A stretch of DNA of 52,597 nt from an uncultured Trueperaceae bacterium (GCA_963799485.1 CAWCXJ010000003.1:1-52597); one strand, 5' to 3'; shown: positions 38,680 through 48,109, counted from the stretch's first letter. The notes: generated by a model from the letters alone, not told the origin. Numbers and translations: made by a program.

Positions 38680-39040
38680 AGACCTCCTTCAAAACTTCTG
38701 CCGCGTCCTCATGCCCGCGCATGGTCAGCACCCGGCAAACATCGAACAAAAGCGCCTTACGCGCCCGGTCTCCCAGCGGTACGTTTTGCAGGGCGGTAAG
38801 TTCTTTCTCAAGCCTGAGCTTTTCTTTCACGGCACTTTTAGCTATCTCTCGGAGCGAATCCCGCCGTTCTAAGGCGTACTCAGTACACCGTTTCGGGTCG
38901 TTGTAAAACTCGCTGCCTCCGGGCGTCAAGCTTTCAAGCATATTTTTCAGCCGGACATTTTCAGCCTCAAGCGCCTGAATCCGGGCCTCGGCGGTTTCGG
39001 TTGCGGGGCTCACGACTCGGCCTTTTGCTCTTGTAACCAA
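38666..39040 (-). CDS. Hypothetical coiled-coil phage protein
   Basis: SLTPGGSEFYNDPKRC motif. Confidence 0.65.
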   Translation of the reverse strand: MVTRAKGRVVSPATETAEARIQALEAENVRLKNMLESLTPGGSEFYNDPKRCTEYALERRDSLREIAKSAVKEKLRLEKELTALQNVPLGDRARKALLFDVCRVLTMRGHEDAAEVLKEVYAVP

Positions 39041-39273
39041 AAAAGCTGATAATGGCGGTGAAACTTTGAGCAGAGCGTGTAGCGCTCTAAAAGCTTATTA
39101 CCCCAGCCGACGACCTTTTGAGCGTAATTCAAATGCCGTAGATAGCGCCTAGCGGTAGACGGGGCAACTCCTGCGAGCTTGGCTATTTCTGGGGCGCTCA
39201 GCGGCTTGCCCTGCTGTGCTATAAGCACCTTTTTTATCTTGCTTTGCTCAGCGGTCACGTCGGAACCTCCCAA
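39010..39273 (-). CDS. Winged-HTH protein
   Basis: LSAPEIAKLAGVAPSTARRYLRHL. Confidence 0.75.
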   Translation of the reverse strand: MGGSDVTAEQSKIKKVLIAQQGKPLSAPEIAKLAGVAPSTARRYLRHLNYAQKVVGWGNKLLERYTLCSKFHRHYQLFWLQEQKAES

Positions 39274-39722
39274 AGTTCAATGTAGAAATGGTCTCGAGTA
39301 CTCGTCTTGAGACGCGGGCGGCACGTCCAGTCTCTTAGGTGCGCGGGTTTGTCGTCGGGTACAAGCACGCCTTTTACAAGGTCGCCGCAGAAGTTTAGAA
39401 CGTTATCCGAATCGAGCCAGCTACGGCGGTTTGAGTAGTTGACCGTCACCGTCATGTCGTAGCAGCCGGGTAGGGGTGGGCCGGGGTGAAGGGCGCGTAA
39501 CTGTGCTTGGGCGTCTCTCAGGGCATCACGGGCGGCTTTCGACATAAACGAACGCCCGTTACCTAGTGCGCGGCTGTTTTTGGTGCTGACTGGACGCCCT
39601 TCAATACGGTAGGCAAGGGCTTTTAACATTCCCTTGCCTACCTGCTTGGTAGGTTTGTCGCTGAACAAATCGGGGTTCCTTCTCCGCACAGCTTCCGAGG
39701 CGTGGGTGAGGTCTTTAGGCAT
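39255..39722 (-). CDS. rusA: RusA-like Holliday junction resolvase
   Basis: PVSTKN...DSDN...GDL..G...DDK acidic motifs. Confidence 0.7.
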   Translation of the reverse strand: MPKDLTHASEAVRRRNPDLFSDKPTKQVGKGMLKALAYRIEGRPVSTKNSRALGNGRSFMSKAARDALRDAQAQLRALHPGPPLPGCYDMTVTVNYSNRRSWLDSDNVLNFCGDLVKGVLVPDDKPAHLRDWTCRPRLKTSTRDHFYIELWEVPT

Positions 39723-40020
39723 GGTCGGCCTCCTCTACCTCGAGCTCTTCAGCCCATCCCTTGCCCTTCTCAGCGGGTGGCGTATATTTTGCGAACCCCG
39801 GTTCGCCCTCGTCCGCTATCCGCATCGCCATAGCCGCAACCTGCACTGCCTCTCGGTACACGTCGGCTGACGACACGCCCTCTCCGTATTCCTCCTCAAG
39901 TAGCGCGTTAGCTAGTTCACCTACCTCCTCCATCAGCGCAGCTAAAAGGTGTTTGTTGCCCGGAAACTTTGCACGGGCGCGGTTTACTTCAGTCAGTACG
40001 TCAGCTAAAAAACGGTTCAT
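39715..40020 (-). CDS. MazG-like nucleotide pyrophosphohydrolase
   Basis: LMEEVGELANA...EAVQVAAMA. Confidence 0.75.
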   Translation of the reverse strand: MNRFLADVLTEVNRARAKFPGNKHLLAALMEEVGELANALLEEEYGEGVSSADVYREAVQVAAMAMRIADEGEPGFAKYTPPAEKGKGWAEELEVEEADHA

Positions 40021-40505
40021 TGTTGCTCCTCAGCGGGTAAGGTGTCTACCTCAAACTCCGGTTTCAGCCTTCGGTACATCTCTCTCACCGGGTCGATGGT
40101 GTTAAACCCCATCAGCTCACGCGCTCGGCTCATGGTGATAACTTCACCGTGATACAGCTCTAGGATGCTCCGGCGTAGAAAGTCGCGCTCTTTTTTCCAC
40201 GCGCTTGCCTCACGGTAAAGCTGTGCTTTTTGCTGCTCGCTTTCATCCCAAACGTGCAACAGTAGCCCCACCATCTCGATAAGCTCTCCGGGAGTAGCGT
40301 CTGTTTTTTCGTCAAACGCCGCCGCTTGCATCCGGTTCAGGTCATCGCGTCTCAGCTCGACCCGGTAGACGCTAACGAGCGCCATATCTCGCGGTGCGTG
40401 CATGAGCGCGAGTTCGTGAGCGGCTTTGTCGTGGTCGGCGTAAACAACCTGAGTAAAGCCCCTACCTGTCGTGGTGTCGGCTAGGTAGTCGGCACGGTAT
40501 TTCAT
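40017..40505 (-). CDS. Hypothetical protein
   Basis: ATGA-coupled early gene. Confidence 0.6.
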   Translation of the reverse strand: MKYRADYLADTTTGRGFTQVVYADHDKAAHELALMHAPRDMALVSVYRVELRRDDLNRMQAAAFDEKTDATPGELIEMVGLLLHVWDESEQQKAQLYREASAWKKERDFLRRSILELYHGEVITMSRARELMGFNTIDPVREMYRRLKPEFEVDTLPAEEQQ

Positions 40506-40768
40506 CGAAGTATCAAAACGGGTGAAGTGTCGGCGAGTATCTCTAGCTCTTGCCACGCCCTATCCAGTTCGCTGCTTACGGCTAACGCCCACTTGCGAGT
40601 AACGTTTTCGTCTGGAAAACAGAGTGTCGAAAGCTCTACGCTGATAGCGCGGTGCTTCAAGACTTCGATAGCCTCTTGCAACGCCTTCTTTCGTGTGCTG
40701 CCCAGCTCAGCCCTCAGCGCGGCGTTTTCTTCACGGAGGCGTTCAAGGTCGGTTTCGGGGTAAAACAT
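40502..40768 (-). CDS. Hypothetical protein
   Basis: GGAGG RBS; coupled to next gene. Confidence 0.6.
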   Translation of the reverse strand: MFYPETDLERLREENAALRAELGSTRKKALQEAIEVLKHRAISVELSTLCFPDENVTRKWALAVSSELDRAWQELEILADTSPVLILR

Positions 40769-40971
40769 CGTTTCCTCCTAGTAAAATCTCTCGGCACTTC
40801 CGGCGTACCACTTCGTTTTCGCTGATGGCGTCGTCCAGCCGGGACGCGTCCAGGCCGATAGCGTTATCTCTGGAGCACCGCAAACTCTCGGCACGCTGCG
40901 AAGCGGCCTCGAGTAAAACGCAGACAATCGGCCTGCAAGTAGGGTCGGAAAGTACATCGAGAAAATCGGGG

Positions 40972-41709
40972 TCAAGCATTTTTAGACCGGGGATTTTTTT
41001 TCTCCTTGCACCGCTCCCTCATGTACTCGTCCGCGTCCTTCCGGGTAAGGTGGCGGACAAACTGGTGGCTTTCGGTGTCGAGATAGATACGGGTTTCGCG
41101 GTCTCTGCGTTTCAGCCACTCCATGAGCGCTTGCCGGGTCTTGCCCGTGTTTCTCGCCGTCTCGGCTAGCGGCACCCAGCCGGGTAGCGGCAGCCGATCC
41201 AGCAGCGTTTCCCGGACGTAACGGGCGTCGTCGGGGCTCAGGTAGAGGTTTTTGCGGAAACGGACGACGGTCACCTTCCCTTCTCGCTCGAGCCTGCTCA
41301 GGTGCTCACGCCCGCGAAGGGGCAGATCGCTCAAAACGCGCTTGACGCTCACGTACCCTTCAGGCTTTCTCGTGGCGCGGCCCTCGCTGTAGAGCGCGGC
41401 GATGTCGGCGCGAAGGTAGCCTGTGGTGCCGACCTCGAGGCGATAAGGACGCCTCCAGAGCTTGCGGCGAAGGAAAAACGCTCTGATTACCGAACGGCTG
41501 ACGTTAAAGGAGGCGGCGATTTCGGGGACCGACACGAAACCCTCCAGGTCGGGTTTGTTTTGTTCGGCGGCCAGCCTCCTGCGCTCCCTGACTCTCGCGT
41601 TGCGCCCTTTGCGCCGACAGGTGCCGGAGTGGTAGCGCTGCCGGGGGCGGACTCTGGGGTCGGGATGGGGCTCGAGGGGTCGCTCGCAGACGGCGCAAAG
41701 TTGGTTCAA
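40972..41709 (-). CDS. Zn-finger plus multiple-HTH DNA-binding protein
   Basis: CAVC..H..C; SVPEIAASFNVSRS; LAETARNTGKTRQAL. Confidence 0.65.
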   Translation of the reverse strand: MNQLCAVCERPLEPHPDPRVRPRQRYHSGTCRRKGRNARVRERRRLAAEQNKPDLEGFVSVPEIAASFNVSRSVIRAFFLRRKLWRRPYRLEVGTTGYLRADIAALYSEGRATRKPEGYVSVKRVLSDLPLRGREHLSRLEREGKVTVVRFRKNLYLSPDDARYVRETLLDRLPLPGWVPLAETARNTGKTRQALMEWLKRRDRETRIYLDTESHQFVRHLTRKDADEYMRERCKEKKNPRSKNA

Positions 41710-41932
41710 GAAACTCTCCTCAGTTCGGTCAGCAGCACCCTGACTTCAGCGCCGCCTACCTCGAGCACGGCGTAGTAGGGCTCAAGTGCCCGTACCCGTC
41801 CGGTCTGGCCTTGAAACTCACCCGAGAGCACCAGAGCGAGGGTGCCGGGGGCAAAGAGGGGCGGGCAGCCCTGCGCGTAACACGACGGGTAAGACCTGGG
41901 GCGTGGCGTATGGGGAGCCAAGACGCGGCGTT

Positions 41933-42439
41933 TCATCGGCGGTAAAACGTCCCTTCTAACGTACAATCCTCGAGAATCCTTAAAGCTTTTTTTCCGAAAC
42001 CCGCCATAAGGCTGGGCTCAAAACCGCCGACCGCGCCACCTTTACGTGGCCTTTCGCTTTCGCCATCCGGCAGCACGTACTTAACCCGGCCCCGAATTAA
42101 AAACAGCGCATCGGGCGGGTAATCGTGCAAAAAAGCGCCGTCAGTATTTCCGCGAACAAGTGCGATACCGGAACCGTGCGCGTGAAGCTTGGCTATCCAT
42201 TTCGTCTTTTCGCCGCGTGTCCAGGGAGGGTTGACCCAGACGAGGCCGTGCCAAGGCAGCTCAAGGCCGTTTTCGCCGCGCTGCAACGAGTAAGTCCGAC
42301 CCACGAAGGGCGTCATAGGATAAACACAATCCGGGGCGCAGGGGTCAAGGTCAAAGTGCGCGTTTAGACCCAAACCGATAGAGAGCGGGGTATAGCGAGA
42401 AACTTCTTTAGAGTGACCAGGCATTATTTGCTTGTTCAT
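41933..42439 (-). CDS. Phage DNA N6-adenine methyltransferase (Dam-like)
   Basis: RYTP, FDLDPCA, NGLELPWHGLVWVNPPW, GRVKY; ATG overlaps the HNH2 stop. Confidence 0.88.
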   Translation of the reverse strand: MNKQIMPGHSKEVSRYTPLSIGLGLNAHFDLDPCAPDCVYPMTPFVGRTYSLQRGENGLELPWHGLVWVNPPWTRGEKTKWIAKLHAHGSGIALVRGNTDGAFLHDYPPDALFLIRGRVKYVLPDGESERPRKGGAVGGFEPSLMAGFGKKALRILEDCTLEGTFYRR

Positions 42440-43095
42440 CGCCGCCGACTCCGGGTAAATGGTGCGGTAAGTGCTCGCTCTGCATCCCAACCGCGACGTA
42501 AACGCTGACCAACTGAGTTGGGCCGCAACCTTAGACGCCGCTCCCAAGCGTCAACCGTGAGTGTTAGCCCTTGAAAAGTGATGAAACGGTTCCGACGCGT
42601 GTTGCACGCCTGTTCTTGCCGAGTTGCCCAGCGACAGTTTTCAGGTGAATAGGGGCCGTCGTTGTTATCGCGTTCAAGCGTGTGCCCTTCCGGGCGCTCT
42701 CCCATATCGGCTAAAAAGTTTTCAAAACTGTGGAGCCAGCGGTCACAAATCTTAATACCTCGAGCCCCATAATCGGCATAACTTTTACTGTTTTGGTTTA
42801 AGCAACGCTTTTTCATACCGCTATACACTTCATATGTACGTGAAGCAGATAGACCGTGGGTCGTATTAGCGCCGGAGACAACCTCACCCCGCAAACAGCC
42901 ACAAGACTTAGTGTGACCGCTACGCAATTTTGTCCCCTGAACCAATTTTGTTACACCGCAGTCGCACTCACAAAGCCAGTACAACGTTCTTCTGGCATTA
43001 GCAAATGGTTCTAGCGCTGTTAATCTTCCGAATTTTTGACCACGGATGTTTACGGAATAGCTTTTAAGCTCAACGACATGAGTATAATCCGACAT
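42436..43095 (-). CDS. HNH-type homing endonuclease 2 (paralogue of HNH1)
   Basis: GQKFGRLT, WLCECDCG, SCGC, YGARGIKICDRW, TLERDNNDGPYSPENCRWAT; AAGGAGG RBS. Confidence 0.9.
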   Translation of the reverse strand: MSDYTHVVELKSYSVNIRGQKFGRLTALEPFANARRTLYWLCECDCGVTKLVQGTKLRSGHTKSCGCLRGEVVSGANTTHGLSASRTYEVYSGMKKRCLNQNSKSYADYGARGIKICDRWLHSFENFLADMGERPEGHTLERDNNDGPYSPENCRWATRQEQACNTRRNRFITFQGLTLTVDAWERRLRLRPNSVGQRLRRGWDAERALTAPFTRSRRR

Positions 43096-43165
43096 GTGAC
43101 CTCCTTGTAGGTCGCCGCGCCGGGAGTGTTGCAAGCACGTCCCGGCTGACTCGTCTATCATAGCA
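43083..43165. promoter_or_regulatory. Convergent promoters around two hairpins (HNH2 leader)
   Basis: Minus TGcTATGAT 43157-43165; plus TATAAT 43083-43088; hairpins 43098-43113 and 43119-43146. Confidence 0.55.
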
Positions 43166-43185
43166 CGTCCAGCACGCAAAAACTC

Positions 43186-43236
43186 TGTATACCGCTCAAT
43201 CTGCCGGGAATGCGCGGGCATCGTTTGAGCACTCAT
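43186..43236 (-). pseudogene. Orphan 17-codon N-terminus of the methyltransferase
   Basis: MSAQTMPAHSRQIERYT vs MNKQIMPGHSKEVSRYT, 9/17 identical. Confidence 0.75.
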
Positions 43237-43604
43237 CTAAACAATTCCACTTCTTCGGTCGTCCGGTATTTCACCCCGAAAGTCTGCTCATAAGCGGTTC
43301 GCTGAGCGTCTAGGGCGCGGTTGATATCTTCAACTCGAGCCGACTGGTACTCAATAATTTTTCTTGCGGTGTATTCGTCGCGAGCCGCGCAGTAAACTTT
43401 GCGCGAAGGGTCAAAGCCGATAATCCAAACCCGACCATCCGACATAGGCCGGGTAGCGGCGAGCGTCCGGCAAGCGTTTACCGCGTCGCGGGCCGTCCGG
43501 TCGTCGCATTTGAGTTTGGCGGCCAGGTTGAGGCGGGTCAAACCGTCCGGGTGCGTGGTCAACAGCCGGTAGACTTCGCGGGCCAGCTCGAGGTTGGCTG
43601 CCAT
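43233..43604 (-). CDS. Winged-HTH protein
   Basis: LTRLNLAAKLKCDDRTARDAV. Confidence 0.65.
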   Translation of the reverse strand: MAANLELAREVYRLLTTHPDGLTRLNLAAKLKCDDRTARDAVNACRTLAATRPMSDGRVWIIGFDPSRKVYCAARDEYTARKIIEYQSARVEDINRALDAQRTAYEQTFGVKYRTTEEVELFR

Positions 43605-44860
43605 TAAAAACTCCTTGCCGCACTTTCATAAGATGCATAACGACCGCGCCAATGAATCGGCACCGATCCGGTCGCGCCTACTTTGTTCTTGAGCACGTGC
43701 CAGACGGCTGTTTGCTCTTCGTTCGTGCTAATCGTCGTGTCCCGGTCAAGAGCCATCACGATGTCAGCGTCCTGCTCAATTTGACCCGATCCGCGCAGCA
43801 TGGATAAGCTCGGAGCTTTGCCGCGTTCAAAACCTCGGTTGAACTGGGCAAGCGCCAAAATCGGAATACGAAGGGTGAAAGCGAGCGTCTTGAGCGCTTT
43901 TGACGCAGCCGTTACGCTTTCGTATTCGTCGCTGTGGCCGGTGTCTAAAATTTGCAGATAATCAATCACAACCAGGCTCGGAGTATTCGTTTTGATTAGA
44001 GTAATCAGGCTTTCCAACCGAACCGGCGTGTCAACCAGAGTCACACGGTCACGCCAAACTTTCTCGCGCACATCACGGATACCTTGCGCCACTTCGTCAA
44101 ACGGCATACGCTGCACCGCTTTGGTGTCAAGGCGCTTGTGACGGGCGATTTCCAGCTCGAGAATTTGGTTCTCGCTTTGGTCTGGGCTGTACCACAACAC
44201 CCGGTCGCCACGAGCTGCAACGTTCCGAATGATCCCACGAGCTAGCGCAGACTTACCTACGGAGGGACGTGCAGCCAAAATGTTGAGCCCAGGCTTTGCA
44301 ATCCCTCCGGTGAGATGGTCAAAATCGCCGTAGCCTGTTGCGTAGCGTGATCCCGGCCCGATAAGTCGCGCCAAGTCTTCATCACTGCGCTCGTCAAAAC
44401 TGGAAACGGCGCTGTCTAAAATTGTCAGCACCGCGTCAAGTTCAAGCCGCGCTTCGTTTTGGTCGTCGCCTTTGGCTATCGCCGACTGGTACTTAAGTGC
44501 AGCTTTTCCTTTTTCGCGCACCACGTATAATTCCTTAACCTGCTGGGCGTAAAGATAGGCATAAGCACTCGTCGGGTGATAGTCGCCGCCGAAGATGTGT
44601 GTAAGTGGGTTGAGAACGTCCAGAGCTATCGTAAAGTCACCCCGCACTCGGAACGCTGCCACAACGGTAGCAAAGTCGAACGCGCCGTGCTGAGCGTACT
44701 GACGCTGTATCTCATCCCAAACGTGCCGGTTGCGCTCACCGTAAAAAACCTCGGTTGGCATCGCGGCCCACGGTTCACCTAAGCAGTCCGGATGACAGAA
44801 GCAGCACGCCAAAAGCGTCAGCTCGAGGTCTTGATCGTGCCGGTGGATTAGTTCGGACAT
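43604..44860 (-). CDS. dnaB: Replicative DNA helicase
   Basis: AARPSVGKS, VVIDYLQ, LAQFNR, LRGSGQIEQDAD, KNK.G.TG. Confidence 0.95.
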   Translation of the reverse strand: MSELIHRHDQDLELTLLACCFCHPDCLGEPWAAMPTEVFYGERNRHVWDEIQRQYAQHGAFDFATVVAAFRVRGDFTIALDVLNPLTHIFGGDYHPTSAYAYLYAQQVKELYVVREKGKAALKYQSAIAKGDDQNEARLELDAVLTILDSAVSSFDERSDEDLARLIGPGSRYATGYGDFDHLTGGIAKPGLNILAARPSVGKSALARGIIRNVAARGDRVLWYSPDQSENQILELEIARHKRLDTKAVQRMPFDEVAQGIRDVREKVWRDRVTLVDTPVRLESLITLIKTNTPSLVVIDYLQILDTGHSDEYESVTAASKALKTLAFTLRIPILALAQFNRGFERGKAPSLSMLRGSGQIEQDADIVMALDRDTTISTNEEQTAVWHVLKNKVGATGSVPIHWRGRYASYESAARSF

Positions 44861-45831
44861 GATTCATACCCCAACGGCGTGCTGTCTGGAACCTGGACAA
44901 CCTCGTGAGGCCACACGAGCGCCCCGGACTCATTTAGCACCATCTGCCCGTCTTCGTAATAAAAGCGGATTGTGTTTACGCCCCAATTCGGATGCGAAAC
45001 ACGCGAACCTGCCGGGGGACGCTCACTCTCAGGTATCACGACCGGCGTCCGCTCGGCTTCCTCTTGCTCCCAAGGCTTAAGCGGATACAGGGCTTTCCAG
45101 CCTGGAACGATGGCGTTGTCGAACATCCGGTTCAAAACCGGCGCGGAATAATTCCGGTTCACACGGATAAAATTTTTAAGAGCGAGTGCGGTCATCGGGT
45201 CTTTTTTCTGCAACCGCATGGCGCAAAAGTCTACAAACCGCTCACGGTCAAAGTTCTCGGGCAGCTCAACCGTCTCCGGGTCGAAGTCGTGAGTTTGGCC
45301 TTTTTGCTTTTTGGATTTGGGGGGGGTAGGGGGGGGTTCTTTATCTTTAACTTCTTCTTTACTCTTTAACTTAGACTTAACCTTAAACTTAGGCGGGACC
45401 TCTTCCGGAGTTACTCCGGAGTAACTCCGCGCTTCATCTTTTTTTGTTTCAGGTTGCGTCTCTGACGGCGCTTCTTTAGGGTCGGCCTCTTCGGGCGGTG
45501 GTATTTCGCTCGGTTGCTCACGGTCTTTTCGTAAGCCAACCTGATGCTCGGCAAATTTAGGGAAAACCACATACCGCCGACCTTTGACGGAGTAACTCCG
45601 GAGTAACTCCGCGCGTTCTAAATCGGCTAGACCTACCTCAATCTGTTCATGGCTAAAGTCAAGGTATGTAAAGATTTTTCCTGCCAAGTATCGACTGTCT
45701 GCTTTGAGCCTCCCCTCAACATCGGCGTGGGGCAGCATCATCAAAAACATCAAACGCGCCTCGTGCGTCTCGAGGTCGGCAAACTGTTCGCTCTCGCTGA
45801 TTTTAGCGCTGATAAAACGACCTCTAGCCAT
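44848..45831 (-). CDS. Phage replication initiator
   Basis: MARGRFI..ARLMFL....ADVEGR N-terminal wHTH; precedes dnaB; internal repeats. Confidence 0.85.
   Translation of the reverse strand: MARGRFISAKISESEQFADLETHEARLMFLMMLPHADVEGRLKADSRYLAGKIFTYLDFSHEQIEVGLADLERAELLRSYSVKGRRYVVFPKFAEHQVGLRKDREQPSEIPPPEEADPKEAPSETQPETKKDEARSYSGVTPEEVPPKFKVKSKLKSKEEVKDKEPPPTPPKSKKQKGQTHDFDPETVELPENFDRERFVDFCAMRLQKKDPMTALALKNFIRVNRNYSAPVLNRMFDNAIVPGWKALYPLKPWEQEEAERTPVVIPESERPPAGSRVSHPNWGVNTIRFYYEDGQMVLNESGALVWPHEVVQVPDSTPLGYESCPN
45340..45610. repeat. Putative replication origin: four GGAGTWACTCC palindromes plus AT-rich tract
   Basis: Copies at 45407, 45418, 45589, 45600; AT-rich TTAA-repeat tract ~45340-45391. 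Confidence 0.75.
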
Positions 45832-45968
45832 GACGCTTCACATGCTCCGGCTCTAAAAGCCCTTTTTCGACATCTAAACATTCGCCTAGCAACTGTGCAG
45901 CTAAAACCTCTGCTGCCAGATGCGCCTCGAGTGCGGTCATAAAGACCCCCTGAAGCACACACCATCTA

Positions 45969-46089
45969 TTGAGTTTTGGGCACGTGGGGTTATACTCTTA
46001 TTACTGCGTGCCCTAGATCGGTGCGCTGCACCCGTCGGACTTCTGCCAAGAAAACACCGACGGGTGCTTTGCTTAATAGAAGCATACCA
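45969..46089. promoter_or_regulatory. Convergent promoters around hairpins upstream of the initiator (antisense RNA candidate)
   Basis: Plus TTGAGT-16-TATACT; minus TGgTATGCT 46081-46089; perfect 11-bp stem 46028-46038/46057-46067. Confidence 0.55.
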
Positions 46090-46249
46090 CGTTCTAACTT
46101 GTGTCTGCAACGCCGTTTCTGCTATCCTTAAGGCGAATCTGAAGGCTGGCACGTCCGGTGTAGTAGGATTCACCCGGCTCTGAACTGCCAGTGTAAAAAC
46201 AGTTCGGAGCCCCTTATTTTTTACTGTCATCTCAACCTCTCGAGCTGCG

Positions 46250-46278
46250 AAAAGCCCTCACCACATCCGGTGAGGGCT
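46250..46278 (-). terminator. Intrinsic terminator after the annealing-protein gene
   Basis: AGCCCTCACC-N6-GGTGAGGGCT-TTT. Confidence 0.75.
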
Positions 46279-46286
46279 GAACTGGT

Positions 46287-47178
46287 TTAGGCTGCGGTCT
46301 GCTCTAGCTGAGCGTCGTACTCGAGACCGGCTTGATAATCGGTGTAGTCTTGAAACGCTTTTTCAAGTTTGGTTCGCTCCGTTCTAAAATCACCATTTGA
46401 CCCTGAACCGAGCGCGTCGAGCGCCCGTTGTGCCTGGTCTTTGGTAAGCTGTTTTGCACTTTCAAGCCCACCCACATCAGCCAGCCATGCCAAAAACGCG
46501 CGGCCTTGCTCTTTACCCTGCTCACTTACCCCGAACCCCGCCTCTTTGATGGCGATACCGAGCGCTGTGAGCTGTTTCGGCGTGACGGTTTTGGGGCCGC
46601 TTGGCTGCTTAGGTGGCGAGGCCGTCTCAGGCAAACTCAGCACGTTCCCTTCGGCGTCTACCGACGCGCCCAATTCTTCGGGCAAATACCCGACCACGCC
46701 TAGCGCATCTGGCGCAAACCAGCGTTGACCGTTACTCATAGCGCGCGCGTAGAGCATGTTGCGCGGGTAATTTTTCCAGGTCGGATTGTTTAAGAGATTC
46801 GCACGTTTGGCATCGTCGATACTAAAGTCGCTTTGCCCGACCTCTTGCCACTCACTGCCCCAGCGTTCGTAAAAGGCAATTTTGCACAGTTCATCGGTAT
46901 GCTCTGAGCACCCGAAAGTTATAGCGGCCCGAACGTTTGACGGCAATCGCCATAAGGTTTGCGCTAAAAGTCGGCTTACCTTGGATGATGTGAACCCCGG
47001 TCATGCTCTGGAATCCACCAAATCCGCTCTCAACACCTGCAAGGATTCGTATAGCGCACTGTGCGGCGTCTTTTGAGTCTTTGAAAAATCCCGAAGCGGC
47101 AAATAACTCCGCCATCCGCTCAAGGTCATCCATGCTGCGAATCGCCGGGGCGTTCGCTATTTGTGTAAGTTCAGTCAT
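46287..47178 (-). CDS. RecT/Red-beta-like single-strand annealing protein (one extra base near 46905)
   Basis: HIIQGKP, W..YPRNMLYARA..R.FAPDAL; removing one A from CTCAGAG joins the two ORFs. Confidence 0.8.
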
Positions 47179-47319
47179 AGGTATCTCCACAATCTGGGCA
47201 AATCCCAAGCCCCACCGTTTTAAGTCCCTTGCACGTCTTGCACCTACTTCTGCGCTCAACCCAGAGCAGCCCCACAACCAGCCCCAGAGCGCTCAGTGAA
47301 CCGACCACAGGCCACCAGG

Positions 47320-47535
47320 TCACGACGGATACTCTGTTCCGAACAATTCGACGAGCGTTTCTTCTAGCGCCTCAGCCGCATCGCCAAAGGCGTACACCAC
47401 AAGCTCGAGGGTGCTGCCGTCGGGCCGACTGTGCCTCATGACGCTGTAATTTCCATCTCCCGCCAAAGTGTCTTGCCGTAACTCCGAAATGGTTCGGCGG
47501 TCGCCGTCGGGATGAATGTAAGCAGGTTTATTCAT
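47320..47535 (-). CDS. Hypothetical protein
   Basis: AGGAG RBS. Confidence 0.55.
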   Translation of the reverse strand: MNKPAYIHPDGDRRTISELRQDTLAGDGNYSVMRHSRPDGSTLELVVYAFGDAAEALEETLVELFGTEYPS

Positions 47536-47632
47536 CGTTCACTCCTACGCCGTCCGTAACGCTCCAAAAGCAGCGCCCCGGCGATAAGCAGTGCTGCCTT
47601 GATAAGCAGCCACAGTTCAGGGCCGAAGTCGA

Positions 47633-48109
47633 TCATGAAACGTGTTTCCATGTCTCTCTCCTGAGAACCGCTCCGATGGTATGTAGAGCAACCCCATAAT
47701 CCTCGGCTAGCTGTTTTTGTGTCTTGGCAGGGTAGGCTTTGCGGATTTCACGGACTTTCACTTCTGTTAAACGAGCGTTGCGTGCGTTTTCCCCACGGAG
47801 TGGGGTAACTTTGAAAGTACGAGTACGATTCGTGAGCGTGGTATGGGGGCCGCGCCGAAGTGGTTCTAAGTGTTCCGGATTAACACAACGTTTGATTCCG
47901 CACTTATGGTGCAAATCAAGATCACCAAAAGACCCGTGCAAAAACTCGTAAGCCAATCGGTGTGCAAATCGAGCTTTACCATAAAATCCAAATCGACCGT
48001 AACCTTTTTTGTTGGTTCCAGCTTTCCACAACCAACAGGGACTTTTTAATTCAGGATGAATAGGCCCGTTTTTGTTAACGTAAGACCAGAGTCGCTCTTC
48101 TGCCGTCAT
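47633..48109 (-). CDS. HNH endonuclease 3 (HNH_3-like, C-terminal HTH)
   Basis: CWLWK..GYG..AHRLAYE..HHKC....CVNPEHL. Confidence 0.9.
   Translation of the reverse strand: MTAEERLWSYVNKNGPIHPELKSPCWLWKAGTNKKGYGRFGFYGKARFAHRLAYEFLHGSFGDLDLHHKCGIKRCVNPEHLEPLRRGPHTTLTNRTRTFKVTPLRGENARNARLTEVKVREIRKAYPAKTQKQLAEDYGVALHTIGAVLRRETWKHVS

Noticed and set aside
42436..43236. Group I intron or intein carrying HNH2
   Set aside because: No room for a ribozyme core, no intein terminal motifs, and the downstream gene has its own duplicated start
45937..46230. 97-aa ORF as a confident gene
   Set aside because: It runs through the promoter/hairpin element and has no recognisable motif; it may be real but is unsupported
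46891..46946. Two separate recombination genes or a programmed frameshift
   Set aside because: One extra A in a CTCGAG site explains the break; no slippery sequence
47633..48109. HNH3 as a third gene-start-replacing cassette
   Set aside because: Different HNH subfamily, no hairpin leader and no duplicated flanking gene start
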